Origin: a virus
Virus record (IMG/VR): IMGVR_UViG_3300045988_152007
Coordinates: 1 to 60,474 of that record
Length of the DNA: 60,474 nucleotides
Direction: 5' to 3' (one strand)
Below are positions 1-9,348 of this stretch, in pieces. The position numbers and the translations under genes are program-made. Under the pieces are notes generated by a model that was not told the origin of the DNA, did not search any database, and was given only the letters and a program-made list of their open reading frames with translations. Each line of letters begins with the position of its first letter. Within the stretch, counting starts at the first letter, position 1.

Positions 1-910
1 AATTAAGAAGAACACCAGTCGGAACAGTATCAAATTCAAGCGTTTTGTAGGCCTCATTATCCCAAACAAATGCAGAGTCTAAACCAGGGTCACGTCCCGC
101 AACCTCACCAATAGTGCCATAGACTAAAACATAATTTACACCATTATTTGTAATACCAATTGACGTTGCTTTTTGATTATTCGTTGTAAAAGGAATATTG
201 GTTGTTATTAATGTCAGTGAAGCTTCATCAACTGGTGCATTATTTTTAATTTTCCATGTTTCTTTACCAATTAATGACATAGAAGTTATTGAGTCTATTG
301 AAGGAATTAGTCTAATTTTATTTTTCTTTTTGTATTTAAACTCATTACTTACTACTTTGAATTTAACGTTTGGATGTTCAGCCAAAGTAATATAAGTAAA
401 ATTACTATTTGCAGAATCTATTTCTACAGTTAAAATAGTCCCTTCAAAATTATGTAATGCAAACTATTTAGTAAAATTATTAATTTTATTATTTATTTTA
501 TAATTTAAATATATTTGTTCATCAACAGTTAATGGACTTATATATTTTGATGTAGTAGTTTCATCACCATTAGGGATAGAAATTGTAAGACCATTTTCAT
601 TGAAATGAGTTATCTTATTTTTTATTTGAGCTTCATTCTAAAATAAAATGCTCCATGTATTAAATTTTTTTTGTTCTTCAGTAAGAACTTCTTCATTATT
701 TATTAAAGCAATTAATGCTAATTTTTCTGCTTGAGTAAAATAATGTTGTTCTATTAAACTAGTTCGTACTGCTGCTTCATCTTTGGTTATTTCAGAGGTA
801 GGAGGAACTATAATACATACTTCTCCTTTAGAAGGAGTGTAATTAGCTCCAATAGTTTCCCAAACAGCAGAGTTTTTAGCTTTAGTATTTACAACAATAT
901 ATCTATTCAT
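1..910 (-). CDS. putative virion/host-interaction protein; N-terminus at 910, runs off window start; in-frame TAG at 638-640 and ~457-459
   Basis: ATG 908-910 with GGAGG upstream. ORF 638..910 ends in TAG and the same frame stays open to position 1 if TAG is sense. Confidence 0.55.
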
Positions 911-1047
911 ATATTCACTCCTCCGTTTTATCTTTTTATACTTCTTCTAATAATAAAAAGATGAGTAAGTTCATTATTAGAACTTACCCATCTTTTCCAA
1001 AGAAACACCAAACAAACAAAAGGAGGATGACAATATTAGAATCTTAG

Positions 1048-1121
1048 TGGACCAGGATAGGAGAATTGAACTCCCAACAGATGATTGGAAATCACCAGTT
1101 TTACCATTAAACTAATCCTGG
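1048..1121 (-). tRNA. tRNA-Gly(TCC)
   Basis: Cloverleaf by hand: acceptor CCAGGAT/ATCCTGG, D-loop AATGGTA, anticodon loop TTTCCAA, T-loop TTCAATT, CCA encoded. Confidence 0.8.
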
Positions 1122-1139
1122 ATATTATTTTATAATTCG

Positions 1140-1540
1140 CAGCATATCGGATGAGGCACTCGCCGTCCGAGTCTTCTACTAAGGGCATATGACCTCCTGT
1201 TCGATGTAATTTTTTTACCTATACTATATGCCACTAATACAATTGGTCCTTTTGTATTTTAATACCAGTGGCGGAATTTAAACCGCACATTAAGAATAAA
1301 CAATAGTATGGTAGCTATGACCCGGTTTCATGGTCGCTTTACAGGATGGCAGTCAAAAGTTGTTACCATTCGCCTAAAATCTCCATCCAAACCTCAAATG
1401 AGGAAAACATCTAAGCCGTATCATTCGGATTTCCCGACTCATTTCGACTTGCGGATTTGTTACCTACCGCCGTACTACCTGCTAACCTTTCTATGTTAGC
1501 CCCGACCCGTCTGTTCAACTGCCGTTAGCTACTATTGTTT
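1140..1540. ncRNA. unassigned GC-rich non-coding block with several hairpins (e.g. GCGG-AATTTAAA-CCGC); candidate structured RNA
   Basis: GC content far above flanking coding DNA; no credible ORF; lies between two tRNA genes. Confidence 0.2.
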
Positions 1541-1594
1541 AATGGTGCCGGTGGCGGGACTCGAACCCGCATGGTGTTGCCACCGAGGGATTTT

Positions 1595-2332
1595 CTTACT
1601 ACTCTATGTCACCATAGCCACATTTTTGTGTTGTAGTCTGGAATACGTCTTTATCATATGCACGACTTGCACTTAGATAGTTGGTATATACTCTCTACAC
1701 ATTTATTTGGAACAATTTTTTCCACGATAAGAAGATGTTTTTGCATGACAATTTGGGCATAATAATTGGAAATTATCTAATTCATTATTAAAATGATTTC
1801 CATCTTTATGATGAAGTTCTAAAGGAATTGGTTCTCCTAACCATTCGGTTAATCCACAACATTCACATTTGTACTCTTTATAACCTTCATCAAGAAGTTT
1901 TTTTCTTACTTTATTACTCTGTATATCAATACTTTTTTCTAAGTATTCTAACAAAGATAATTCATGTCCATTGGGTTTTGACAATCCTTTACAACCTTGA
2001 TTTCCAGCATATTCAAGACCAAGCTTTTTTAATACTGGATTAATTGTTTTAGGATTACAACCCAATTCTCTTGCCATTTGAGCTTTAGTTTTACCTTCAG
2101 TAATCCATTGCTCAATTTCTTCTTTGCGTTCTAAAATATCAGTTCTCATTTATATTACCTCTCTTTCATTATTACTTAAAAATTAAAAAAGGTATTTTAA
2201 TGAGTGTCGTCCAATTTTTTAGAATGTGTTCCAAAACTTAGCACGGCGTTCTCTTAGCCATTCACCGTTTTAGCCAACTTCTGCTCTAAGAGTTTCCTCT
2301 TAGGCACTCCATTTTAACGTTTGCTAAGTCAA
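1595..2332 (-). mobile_element. group I intron (738 nt) in tRNA-Leu anticodon loop, carrying an HNH homing endonuclease
   Basis: 5' exon ends in U and the intron ends in G; P7-like CAGACTA near the 3' end; ORF 1703..2149 lies inside. Confidence 0.65.
1703..2149 (-). CDS. HNH homing endonuclease (intron-encoded), N-terminal HTH
   Basis: ORF track 148 aa; motifs CECCG...ELHHKDGNHFNN...CPNCH. Confidence 0.8.
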   Translation of the reverse strand: MRTDILERKEEIEQWITEGKTKAQMARELGCNPKTINPVLKKLGLEYAGNQGCKGLSKPNGHELSLLEYLEKSIDIQSNKVRKKLLDEGYKEYKCECCGLTEWLGEPIPLELHHKDGNHFNNELDNFQLLCPNCHAKTSSYRGKNCSK

Positions 2333-2465
2333 AAGTCCCTTGTGTCTACCATTCCACCACACCGGCAAATAAACTATATTAATTAAATCAAGACTCAATT
2401 TTGAAAAATAGCAATTCATTTTAGGTGAACTTTCAAAAGTAAATTTGCTGCGTGAGCCTTACGCC

Positions 2466-2540
2466 TGGCACCGGCTCTCAGAGTCGAACTGAGACTTGCT
2501 GATTTAGAGTCAGCTGAGCTAACCGTTACCCAAAGCCGGA
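2466..2540 (-). tRNA. amber suppressor tRNA, anticodon CUA (reads UAG); U1:U72 mismatch and G73 resemble tRNA-Gln identity
   Basis: Acceptor TCCGGCT/AGCCGGT, D-stem with G-U pairs, anticodon stem GCTGA/TCAGC, loop CTCTAAA, T-arm CTCAG-TTCGACT-CTGAG, G73, CCA encoded. Confidence 0.7.
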
Positions 2541-2559
2541 ATATATATACAAGACAGTT

Positions 2560-4040
2560 TAATAAAGTATCTTCTTATGAACCAAAAACATATGATTATC
2601 TTTAATAAAAATTTGCTGAAACTGTCTTAGAGAAATTATCCTAACTTCTCTTTATCTTGTAAATATATTATACTAAATAATTTTTTTAAAATCAAATTAT
2701 TCAGTAGAATATATTTACAAAAATTAATATATCCAATAGGAATAAACTACACCATAGCCACTAACCATTTATAGGTCGCCTCTATGCCTGCCCACGCCAC
2801 TAAGTACTTCAGCTTACCTCATTCATTAGCTATTGGAATATATTAAATTTTTGACCTACCATTAAACTTATAATACCTACCAATAGGAAGTAGAATATAC
2901 AGTTTTTAATAATAGGATTTTCATTCTATAATCTAACACAATAAATAATAACTCTACCTATTATATGTCTTTTTCGTAGTCCATTACGTCTCATTTTCCA
3001 CGCCTTTATATGAGAGACTACCAAGGATCTTATTTCCGCACTTGGTAATGGCTTTTTGGTATGTGAGCCACAAACATCCCTATTCAGCTTATTTATAGTG
3101 GAGAGCTGGCTGGTTTAGCGTATTGTTCCACTACCTAATTAACCAAGATTAGGACGCTAATCAAATATCTGATACGTATCAGTACGGTTTCCAGATATAT
3201 CATTTCACCGGACAACAGGCGAGTCAACCTTATTTGATTAGATTATGTAAGAACCCTACAGCCATAGGAGCAGGTTCCGCAGAGGCCTCTAACGATGTGG
3301 GATTGGCTACCCAATGAGGTTAATGTGCAAGCCACCGCCTATATTAGCATCTACATAATTCATTTCAAATAAATCATTTAATGATTTATTTTTAACAGGA
3401 AAGGAAATCGTAAGTTATTAAATAATAACTTAATTACAATTATACTACGGACCTTCGCCCTACTGGTTAATAATCTTCATTTTATTAGGTAAGTAAGGAA
3501 ACAAGTCTGAGCTATGAATAGCGACTTCATAACTTCTTGCCCCGGCCTAAGCCAAATCTCACAGAGGACTGACTACCTCTATCTTTCACCGACCATTCAG
3601 AATAGTATTACCAATAATTTTTACTAAATTAATATCATACTGTCTTGGCAAATTTCGGCTACTTGACCCTTGACCTTCTCTTATAGTAGATTACGCCACA
3701 TCAATTGCCAACTTCCTTATTGGTATTTCCTTGGTTTGGCAAGGTTACCAGCCTTACCCTAACAAGGATTCGGCATTGCTGTTAACAATGCTGTCTATTA
3801 TGGAAGCGAGAAGAACAGGACCTTAAATGCGATTATCCCAGCACAATCTCCCCGTAGCCGCATCCTTCGATGCGTGAATCTAATGTATCACTACAAAAGA
3901 TTTAGAAATAATTTCAAAGTATCCTTTGAATATTCCATTCTACAATCTCCGCCAGAGTGGATCGATTTCTCAGCCTTATGGTGTTAAGTCTGCACTGAGT
4001 TGTACTATAACCGTAATTAAATTATTATTTAATTTTTAAA
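2560..4040. other. 1.5 kb ORF-free block, AT-rich to 2950 then ~40% GC, with degenerate tRNA-like hairpins; probably transcribed from the promoter at 4060..4088
   Basis: No ORF >=60 aa; anticodon-like hairpin GCATTG-CTGTTAA-CAATGC near 3755; perfect palindrome CTGATACGTATCAG. Confidence 0.25.
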
Positions 4041-4059
4041 GTTCATTTATTATATATAT

Positions 4060-4088
4060 ATTATATAATATTTTTTTTAAATTTTCAA
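4060..4088 (-). promoter_or_regulatory. sigma70-type promoter TTGAAA-N17-TATAAT (minus strand)
   Basis: -35 at 4083-4088 and -10 at 4060-4065 read on the minus strand; member of a conserved ~45-nt motif family. Confidence 0.6.
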
Positions 4089-4149
4089 ATTTTATTTTAA
4101 ATGGTAGGCCAGGTTGGACTTGAACCAACAACCGCATTAAGCACCTGAT

Positions 4150-4575
4150 TTATGGTGTTTGAAACGAGAATCGAACTCGAAATTTATAAGTCTAAAAGCC
4201 TTGATTATTGCTTGTTGGAGCTGTTCGTAAAGTAATCTATTTTGTATTTCCTGATTTTAAAATTTCTTTTAATGGAATTACATACATATTACCTTGAACA
4301 TCTATACAAAATAATAAATCAAGCTCAGAATGATTTAAAACATTATCATAAACAGTTCCTTTAGTACCACCGCAAGATCTTAACATTATAACATTATCCT
4401 AACTTCCAGTACATTTACATTGAACTGTCTAAAATTTACCATTTCGTTCTATAATTAAATCATACCACTGAGTATCATTTAAAGGAGTTGAGACTGTATA
4501 GCCTTTGTCAGTGAAATAGGCAATAGCCATAGCTAATCCAAAACGTCCTTTATCTTTGTTACTTTTTGACTACAA
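4150..4575 (-). CDS. PD-(D/E)XK-family putative homing endonuclease (I-Ssp6803I-like), TTG start, 3 in-frame TAG
   Basis: Paralog of ORFs 5108..5551 and 33991..34464 (shared motifs GKFxxIQCK and DxDxF); reading TAG as Q restores the homologous C-terminus. Confidence 0.55.
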
Positions 4576-4593
4576 AATGAACCTCCTTCAAAC
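4153..4593 (-). mobile_element. 441-nt intervening sequence in tRNA-Tyr, almost entirely occupied by a PD-(D/E)XK endonuclease ORF
   Basis: Flanked by complementary tRNA halves; the ORF stop codon TAA supplies anticodon-loop nucleotides of exon 2. Confidence 0.5.
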
Positions 4594-4633
4594 CAGTCAG
4601 GGGTGATACCAATTACACTGTACTGACCTATAT

Positions 4634-4708
4634 TGGCACTGGTGGCTGGATTTGAACCAACGAATACAGGAGTCAAAGTCCTGTGCCTTACCGCTTGGCG
4701 ACACCAGT
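4634..4708 (-). tRNA. tRNA-Gln(TTG)
   Basis: Acceptor ACTGGTG/CACCAGT, D-arm GCCAAGCGGTAAGGC as in E. coli tRNA-Gln, loop CTTTGAC, G73, CCA. Confidence 0.8.
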
Positions 4709-4749
4709 AAATTATAAGTAATTAATAATTTCTTATTGATTACTTATAT

Positions 4750-4778
4750 ATTATATAATATTTTTTTTTAAAATTCAA
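4750..4778 (-). promoter_or_regulatory. sigma70-type promoter TTGAAT-N17-TATAAT (minus strand)
   Basis: Motif family member; lies directly upstream of tRNA-Gln. Confidence 0.6.
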
Positions 4779-5096
4779 ATTTACAAGACACATTAAATAA
4801 ATTAACTATTATCCTACCCTTTGGATGAATTATCTTAACAGAGATAATATTGGACTTGAACCAATAACACATAGATTTTATCTAATATTTGCTGCGTGTG
4901 TCTTTACTGTTAGTTATTTAACCCCGACAACCTACTAACAAAAGGGATGGTTCAGGGGAGGTTATCTGTGTCATCTAGACCTCATTTTTTCATTCCAATA
5001 CAAATCTACTTAGGGAGATCAATCCTTTTCAATTATGTATCTTTAACAGAACCCTGATGGTCCGAGTGGCGAGACTTGAACTCACGGCCTCTTGAT

Positions 5097-5575
5097 CCAG
5101 GAAAATCTTAGATTGTCTTTAAGACCTCCTCAATTTTGTAATCATTAGCGATATGAATACCCTGTTTTTGACCAGATGAAGGATATTCATACCGCCATCT
5201 AAAAGTTGCACCAGTAGCTTCTTCAATGGAAACTAAATATCCTTGGCCTTCAAACCAAGTATAAAAATAATCAATATCATCTTTTGAATACTTATGACGA
5301 GTAGTAGATTTTGTATTAGTGGTAATACAACTTGTAGCAATTGCAAAAGCTACATTAGGTTCTTTTGTATCAGTAACCCAAGAAGATGTTTTACATTGAA
5401 TACGGATAAATTTACCCATCCCCATATCAGCTACTACATCATATTTAGAACTTTCATCAACAGATTTTAAACATCTATATCCAAGATTAGTTAAATCAAG
5501 AATACATCTTAACTCTGTTACAGTTCCTTTCTGTTGAGTAATATCTAACATATTTTTTAGACAAAAATCTCTTTT
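5097..5575 (-). mobile_element. 479-nt intervening sequence in tRNA-Pro carrying a PD-(D/E)XK endonuclease ORF
   Basis: Flanking halves complete the cloverleaf; the ORF fills 444 of 479 nt. Confidence 0.5.
5108..5551 (-). CDS. PD-(D/E)XK-family putative homing endonuclease (I-Ssp6803I-like)
   Basis: ORF track 147 aa; paralog of the 4150..4575 and 33991..34428 ORFs. Confidence 0.7.
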   Translation of the reverse strand: MLDITQQKGTVTELRCILDLTNLGYRCLKSVDESSKYDVVADMGMGKFIRIQCKTSSWVTDTKEPNVAFAIATSCITTNTKSTTRHKYSKDDIDYFYTWFEGQGYLVSIEEATGATFRWRYEYPSSGQKQGIHIANDYKIEEVLKTI

Positions 5576-5618
5576 CCCAAATCAAGCGTTCTACCAAACT
5601 GAACTACACCCGGATATA

Positions 5619-5638
5619 AAGGGTAATTAATTACCCTT
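5619..5638 (-). terminator. hairpin AAGGGTAATTAATTACCCTT downstream of gene 5644..6009
   Basis: Perfect 8-bp stem immediately after the stop codon. Confidence 0.4.
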
Positions 5639-5643
5639 ATTTA

Positions 5644-6009
5644 TTACATTTCCTTAGCGAGTCTTTCAACTACGCTATCATACATTTCCTTACCTCTTGC
5701 ACTATCATTGAAATACACAGTCATATCATCATAATACTTCTGTGCCTTCTCAAGTGCCTTAGCAGCTTCATCAAGCTTCTTAGTAGCACGCTTCAGACGC
5801 TGAGAACTGACCTTCGCCTGGCAACGTGCTGCGGCAAGCTGCTTACCCTTTTCAGTATCAAATGTATCCTTCGGATCACACTTGGCTACACCACGCACAG
5901 TCCTACCAGCATAAGTAGAAACTGCAACAACCTTATACGGCGTACCATCTGCCTTAGTGGGAATAAAATACTTGTACTTATCCAGAGAATATTCCATAAC
6001 TTTTAACAC
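5644..6009 (-). CDS. hypothetical protein (121 aa), GC-richer than neighbours
   Basis: ORF track; promoter motif directly upstream. Confidence 0.6.
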   Translation of the reverse strand: MLKVMEYSLDKYKYFIPTKADGTPYKVVAVSTYAGRTVRGVAKCDPKDTFDTEKGKQLAAARCQAKVSSQRLKRATKKLDEAAKALEKAQKYYDDMTVYFNDSARGKEMYDSVVERLAKEM

Positions 6010-6047
6010 CTTTTTCTCATTTATTTTTTTCTTTATTTTGTATATAT

Positions 6048-6076
6048 ATTATATACTATTTTTTTAATTTTTTCAA
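6048..6076 (-). promoter_or_regulatory. sigma70-type promoter TTGAAA-N17-TATAAT (minus strand)
   Basis: Motif family member. Confidence 0.6.
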
Positions 6077-6191
6077 ATAAAAGAAAATAGCCAAGATTAG
6101 AATTGCCAGCAGTTTTGAGTCCCGGCCATCTAGAATCTATTAACTAGAAACGGTTTTATTAACTATCCAATCTTGGCTAATGGTATAATAA

Positions 6192-6839
6192 TTAAGCATA
6201 TTTCCATTTAAACTTAGCAGCTGTATTTCGTTTACATTTGCATACTTCAGAAATATGTTGTTTTATAGTAGTCATTTTACAATTAGTTAATTTATTTTCT
6301 ACCATAAATTTAGCTGCTTCAGTTGTTGATGGAAAAGTCCTTAAATAATTATCATTTAAATCATACATATTAATTATTTTCCCATACTTATTTTGAACTA
6401 TTTTAGCATTAGGAATAATATCAATTTTATATAATTTTAAAATTTTAGAAACTGAATCTTCACTAATATTTAATTGTTTAGCAGTATCTACAATACATTG
6501 TAAATTCTTATATGTTTCGCATACTAAATCATAGTCAATATATTGTTTGCCATCTCCGCCAATTGTAGCGTTATATCCATATTTAAAAGAACCTAATTTT
6601 TCAATCCAATAAACTTCTTTATCATTAAGTTCTTCTAATGGACATTCCTCTAACTCTTTAATAGAAAAATTTTCTGAACCATATTTATTCATTGCGTCAT
6701 ATAAAGGACGTTTTTCACATCTAGGTTTTTTATAATCTTTAAGATGTTCTTTCCAACGTTCCTAAATATTATTTTTTACTGTTTTACCAACATAAATTTT
6801 TCCATTAATATTATTTGTTATCTAATAAATGTATGCCAT
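6192..6839 (-). CDS. GIY-YIG homing endonuclease (I-TevI-like) with two in-frame TAG
   Basis: N-terminus MAYIYQITNNINGKIYVGKT...ERW matches the I-TevI GIYQI...KVYVGS...KRW motif; a TAG sits at the conserved Q (6822-6824). Confidence 0.8.
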
Positions 6840-6918
6840 ATCTAAATGACTCCTTTAATAAATAATTGTGAAATTAGTTAAAACACTATCGCCACGAGAA
6901 GGCTTTCACATAATAGCG

Positions 6919-6991
6919 AGCCGGCAGACGGATTCGAACCCCCGACCTATTGATTACAAATCAATTGCACTACCAACTGTGCTATGCCGGC
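6919..6991 (-). tRNA. tRNA-Thr(TGT)
   Basis: Acceptor GCCGGCA/TGCCGGC, D-arm GCACAGTTGGTAGTGC, loop TTTGTAA, T-loop TTCGAAT; no CCA encoded. Confidence 0.7.
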
Positions 6992-7031
6992 ATTTAAGAG
7001 AGAATTTATTTTTCCCTCAATTTCTATATAT

Positions 7032-7060
7032 ATTATATAAAATTTTTTTTAAATTTTCAA
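7032..7060 (-). promoter_or_regulatory. sigma70-type promoter TTGAAA-N17-TATAAT (minus strand)
   Basis: Motif family member. Confidence 0.6.
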
Positions 7061-7932
7061 ATTATACAACATAAATAATGTGCTAATTCTAATTGATATT
7101 CTTGCTTAAAGAAAAAAGGAACTATTGAAAAAATTATAGTGAATACATCATTTCGACCGCTTAATTTAAAGCTGTTATAAAATAATGGTAAATATTTTTC
7201 ACATATTTCATTATAAGTAATTTGATCATTCTTATAATGAAAATTCTTTAAAGGATCATCACTTTTTAATGTTTTACATTTTAAAATATCTTTTGAAGTT
7301 ACTTCTTCATATAAAGTTATTTTAGCAAATCCATTATAATGTTTATATAAATATGGACAAATAATCGGGCAAGGGTCATTGCATAAAAGTTCAAATCTAT
7401 TTCTTACTTCTATTGGAATTGATTCTAAAAACTTAAAATCTTTTATTTGTCTTCGAGGTAAAACAATTTTATCATATTTATTTAAAAGAGACAAATAATC
7501 TGTATTTTTATTTGAAGCTATTATACTTCTTTTAATTTTAAATTTAGGATATTTATTTCTTATATATTCTTCTAAAATAGAGGAAGAAACTAAAATTGAA
7601 TTATTTTCATTTTCACATAAGGAAACGATTTTATTACAATATCTATCATACAAGTCTTCTTTTGTTAATAATGGATTTGTTAAGGTTAAAGCAATTTCTA
7701 TATTATTTCCATAATAAAAATCAATAATTTCTTTTATTTTTTCTAATGAAGGTTGATAGCCTTGATTGACAGTTCCTCCATTCCAAATCATATTTGGGAA
7801 TGTATCGAATATACTCTCTATAGCTACATTAAAATTGAAACATTCTGGAGCTGTCTATTGTAATTCTAAAAGAGTTTTATATATATTAAATCCAGTATAA
7901 AATCCTGGACAATTTAAATTTATTTTTTTCAT
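7057..7932 (-). CDS. hypothetical protein, paralog family A (NIWNGG / FYxG motif), one in-frame TAG
   Basis: ORF 7057..7791 extends upstream through a TAG to ATG ~7932 (MKKINLNCPGFYTGF...). Confidence 0.55.
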
Positions 7933-8269
7933 ATTTAAATTATATAATATTTTTTACTTTTTATCAAATATAAAATTTTGAATAATTTGTATTCTCCATT
8001 TTTTGAATTAACTAATTTTGATATTTTGTGTTAGTAGGAGCATTTAAATAAAAATTTTTTATTTCTGAAATTTTATTTAAAAGTTCATTTCTTTTTACTA
8101 TAAAATCAAAATTACTGTAATTATTAAAATTATTTTTTATATCTAAAATATATGGTTTATACATTCCTAGCTATAAACTTTGTTTATAACTTTTTGTTTT
8201 ATAATATTCAATTATTATTATTAGATCAATAAAAGATTTATAAATTAATTTATAATAATTTTTTAATTT

Positions 8270-8710
8270 ATAATAATTTTCTCGTAATCCAGTCTAAAAT
8301 AATCTATTACTTTCATTAATTAATTGAGAATAAATGACTGGTAAATTTTCTTTAACTATATCTTCATTAATTTTTTTTATTTCTAAAGTAAATTCATTAT
8401 CACTTAAATAATGATAAGGGAATAACCATCTATAATAACTATAGTTATTATTATAAAATAAATTATAAATAAAATGTTCTCCTGTATAAATCCGCCTTGA
8501 AGGATTCCAATTTATAATATTAAATTTTTTCATAAAATTATTAGACTATTCCTATGGAATTAAATTTAAATCAAAATTTGAAATTTTTTTTAATTCTTTT
8601 TCCATATTTATAAAAGAAGAATAGATTTCAATAATATCTATATCACTTGTGTTATTATTTATTCCATGCTGGTAAGAACCATCGATCAATCCATATAAAA
8701 AATAATCCAT
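8270..8710 (-). CDS. hypothetical protein (~146 aa) with in-frame TAGs
   Basis: Frame containing ORF 8294..8533 extends to ATG 8708-8710 (GAGGT upstream) and downstream to TAA 8270-8272. Confidence 0.5.
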
Positions 8711-8712
8711 AG

Positions 8713-9348
8713 TTACCTCAATAGTATAGTTAAATTTTTTGTATGTTCAATTAATTTTTTTATTTTAAATATTGTTAAATGAAAAGCCCATTTATCAGGA
8801 TAATGGTCAGTATCATGTTTATAATAAAATTTTGGTAAATGATAATATTTAGGATATAAGATATTAAATATTTCTTCATCTGTTTGAAAATTTATATAAA
8901 ACTATAATATTGATTTATATAAATTTTTATTTGGCTTTATTATAGCTATTCCGCCACTTAATCGTCCTTTAGATTCCTAGTTATCATATACTTCATAAAA
9001 ACTACCATCTGGATAATCAAAAATATTATCAATATTTTCAGCAATTAAAATATCAGCATCTATAAAACAAATTTTTTTGTACTAAGTTAAAGTATAAATA
9101 AAAAATTTATTAGCGGTATCTTTATAAAAATTAGAATCTCCACAAAAATAAATTGGCTATTCTATTATTTTATAATTTATATTATTTTTTTTTAAAATTT
9201 TAAAATAAATATCTGATACATTATTAGTAGTTAATAGTAAAAATGGATATTTACTATTAACTTTTTTTAATGAAAAATATAAGGCACAAGCACATTTAAT
9301 ATATTTATCAGTTGTTGCAAGTGTTACAAAGCAGTATTTGTCGTTCAT
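8713..9348 (-). CDS. family 8 glycosyltransferase-like protein, 4 in-frame TAG
   Basis: N-terminus CFVTLATTDKYIKCACALYFSLKK; downstream DADIL and GGxA motifs appear when TAG is read through. Confidence 0.55.

Larger units (their letters stand above)
1543..2366 (-). tRNA. tRNA-Leu(TAA), type II, split by an intron between anticodon nt 34 and 35; exon1 2333..2366, exon2 1543..1594
   Basis: Exons join into a perfect cloverleaf: GCCGGTG acceptor, D-arm GTGGAATGGTAGACAC, loop CTT|AAAA, long V-arm, T-arm GCGGG-TTCGAGT-CCCGC, A73, CCA. Confidence 0.75.
4102..4629 (-). tRNA. tRNA-Tyr(GTA), type II, split between anticodon nt 34 and 35 (CUG|UAAA); exon1 4594..4629, exon2 4102..4152
   Basis: Exon1 AGGTCAG...CCTGA-CTG; exon2 TAAA-TCAGG, long V-arm, GTTGG-TTCAAGT-CCAAC, CTGGCCT, A73, CCA; assembled loop CUGUAAA matches canonical tRNA-Tyr. 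Confidence 0.55.
5058..5613 (-). tRNA. tRNA-Pro(TGG)-like split by a 479-nt insertion; exon1 5576..5613, exon2 5058..5096; Gln(UUG) reading possible under a different junction
   Basis: Exon1 CCGGGTG-TA-GTTC-AGTTTGGTA-GAAC-G-CTTGA-TTTGGG; exon2 ATCAAG-AGGCC-GTGAG-TTCAAGT-CTCGC-CACTCGG-A-CCA; loop UUUGGGA equals the E. coli Pro(UGG) loop. Confidence 0.55.

Noticed and set aside
198-395. Plus-strand ORFs (198..395, 1308..1499, 1828..2043, 6868..7074, 18164..18418, 25321..25515, 26698..27138, 27614..27958, 33673..33982, 35340..35525, 36599..36868, 44404..44850, 51058..52242, 53717..54301, 55490..56032, 57329..57745 and similar)
   Set aside because: All lie antisense to stronger minus-strand genes, tRNAs or introns, and show low-complexity or Cys/Leu/Ile-biased composition typical of antisense frames in AT-rich DNA. 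No RBS or promoter motif is present. The entire window appears to be transcribed from the minus strand.
1140-1700. Possible tmRNA (T-arm plus ACCA 3' end at 1543..1594 with a missing 5' partner)
   Set aside because: The 3' element pairs perfectly with a 5' half at 2333..2366 to give tRNA-Leu(UAA) split by an intron. No tmRNA 5' domain or tag-peptide frame was found.
4150-4200. tRNA-like T-arm (CGAG-TTCGATT-CTCG) plus ACCA inside 4150..4200
   Set aside because: It lies inside the read-through C-terminus of the PD-(D/E)XK ORF, and the homologous protein alignment continues through it. No 5' acceptor partner exists. It is most likely coincidental coding sequence.
6098-6184. Possible tRNA between 6098 and 6184 (flanking inverted repeat GCCAAGA / TCTTGGC)
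   Set aside because: There is no T-loop, D-loop or anticodon arm between the repeats. It is more likely an imperfect long hairpin.
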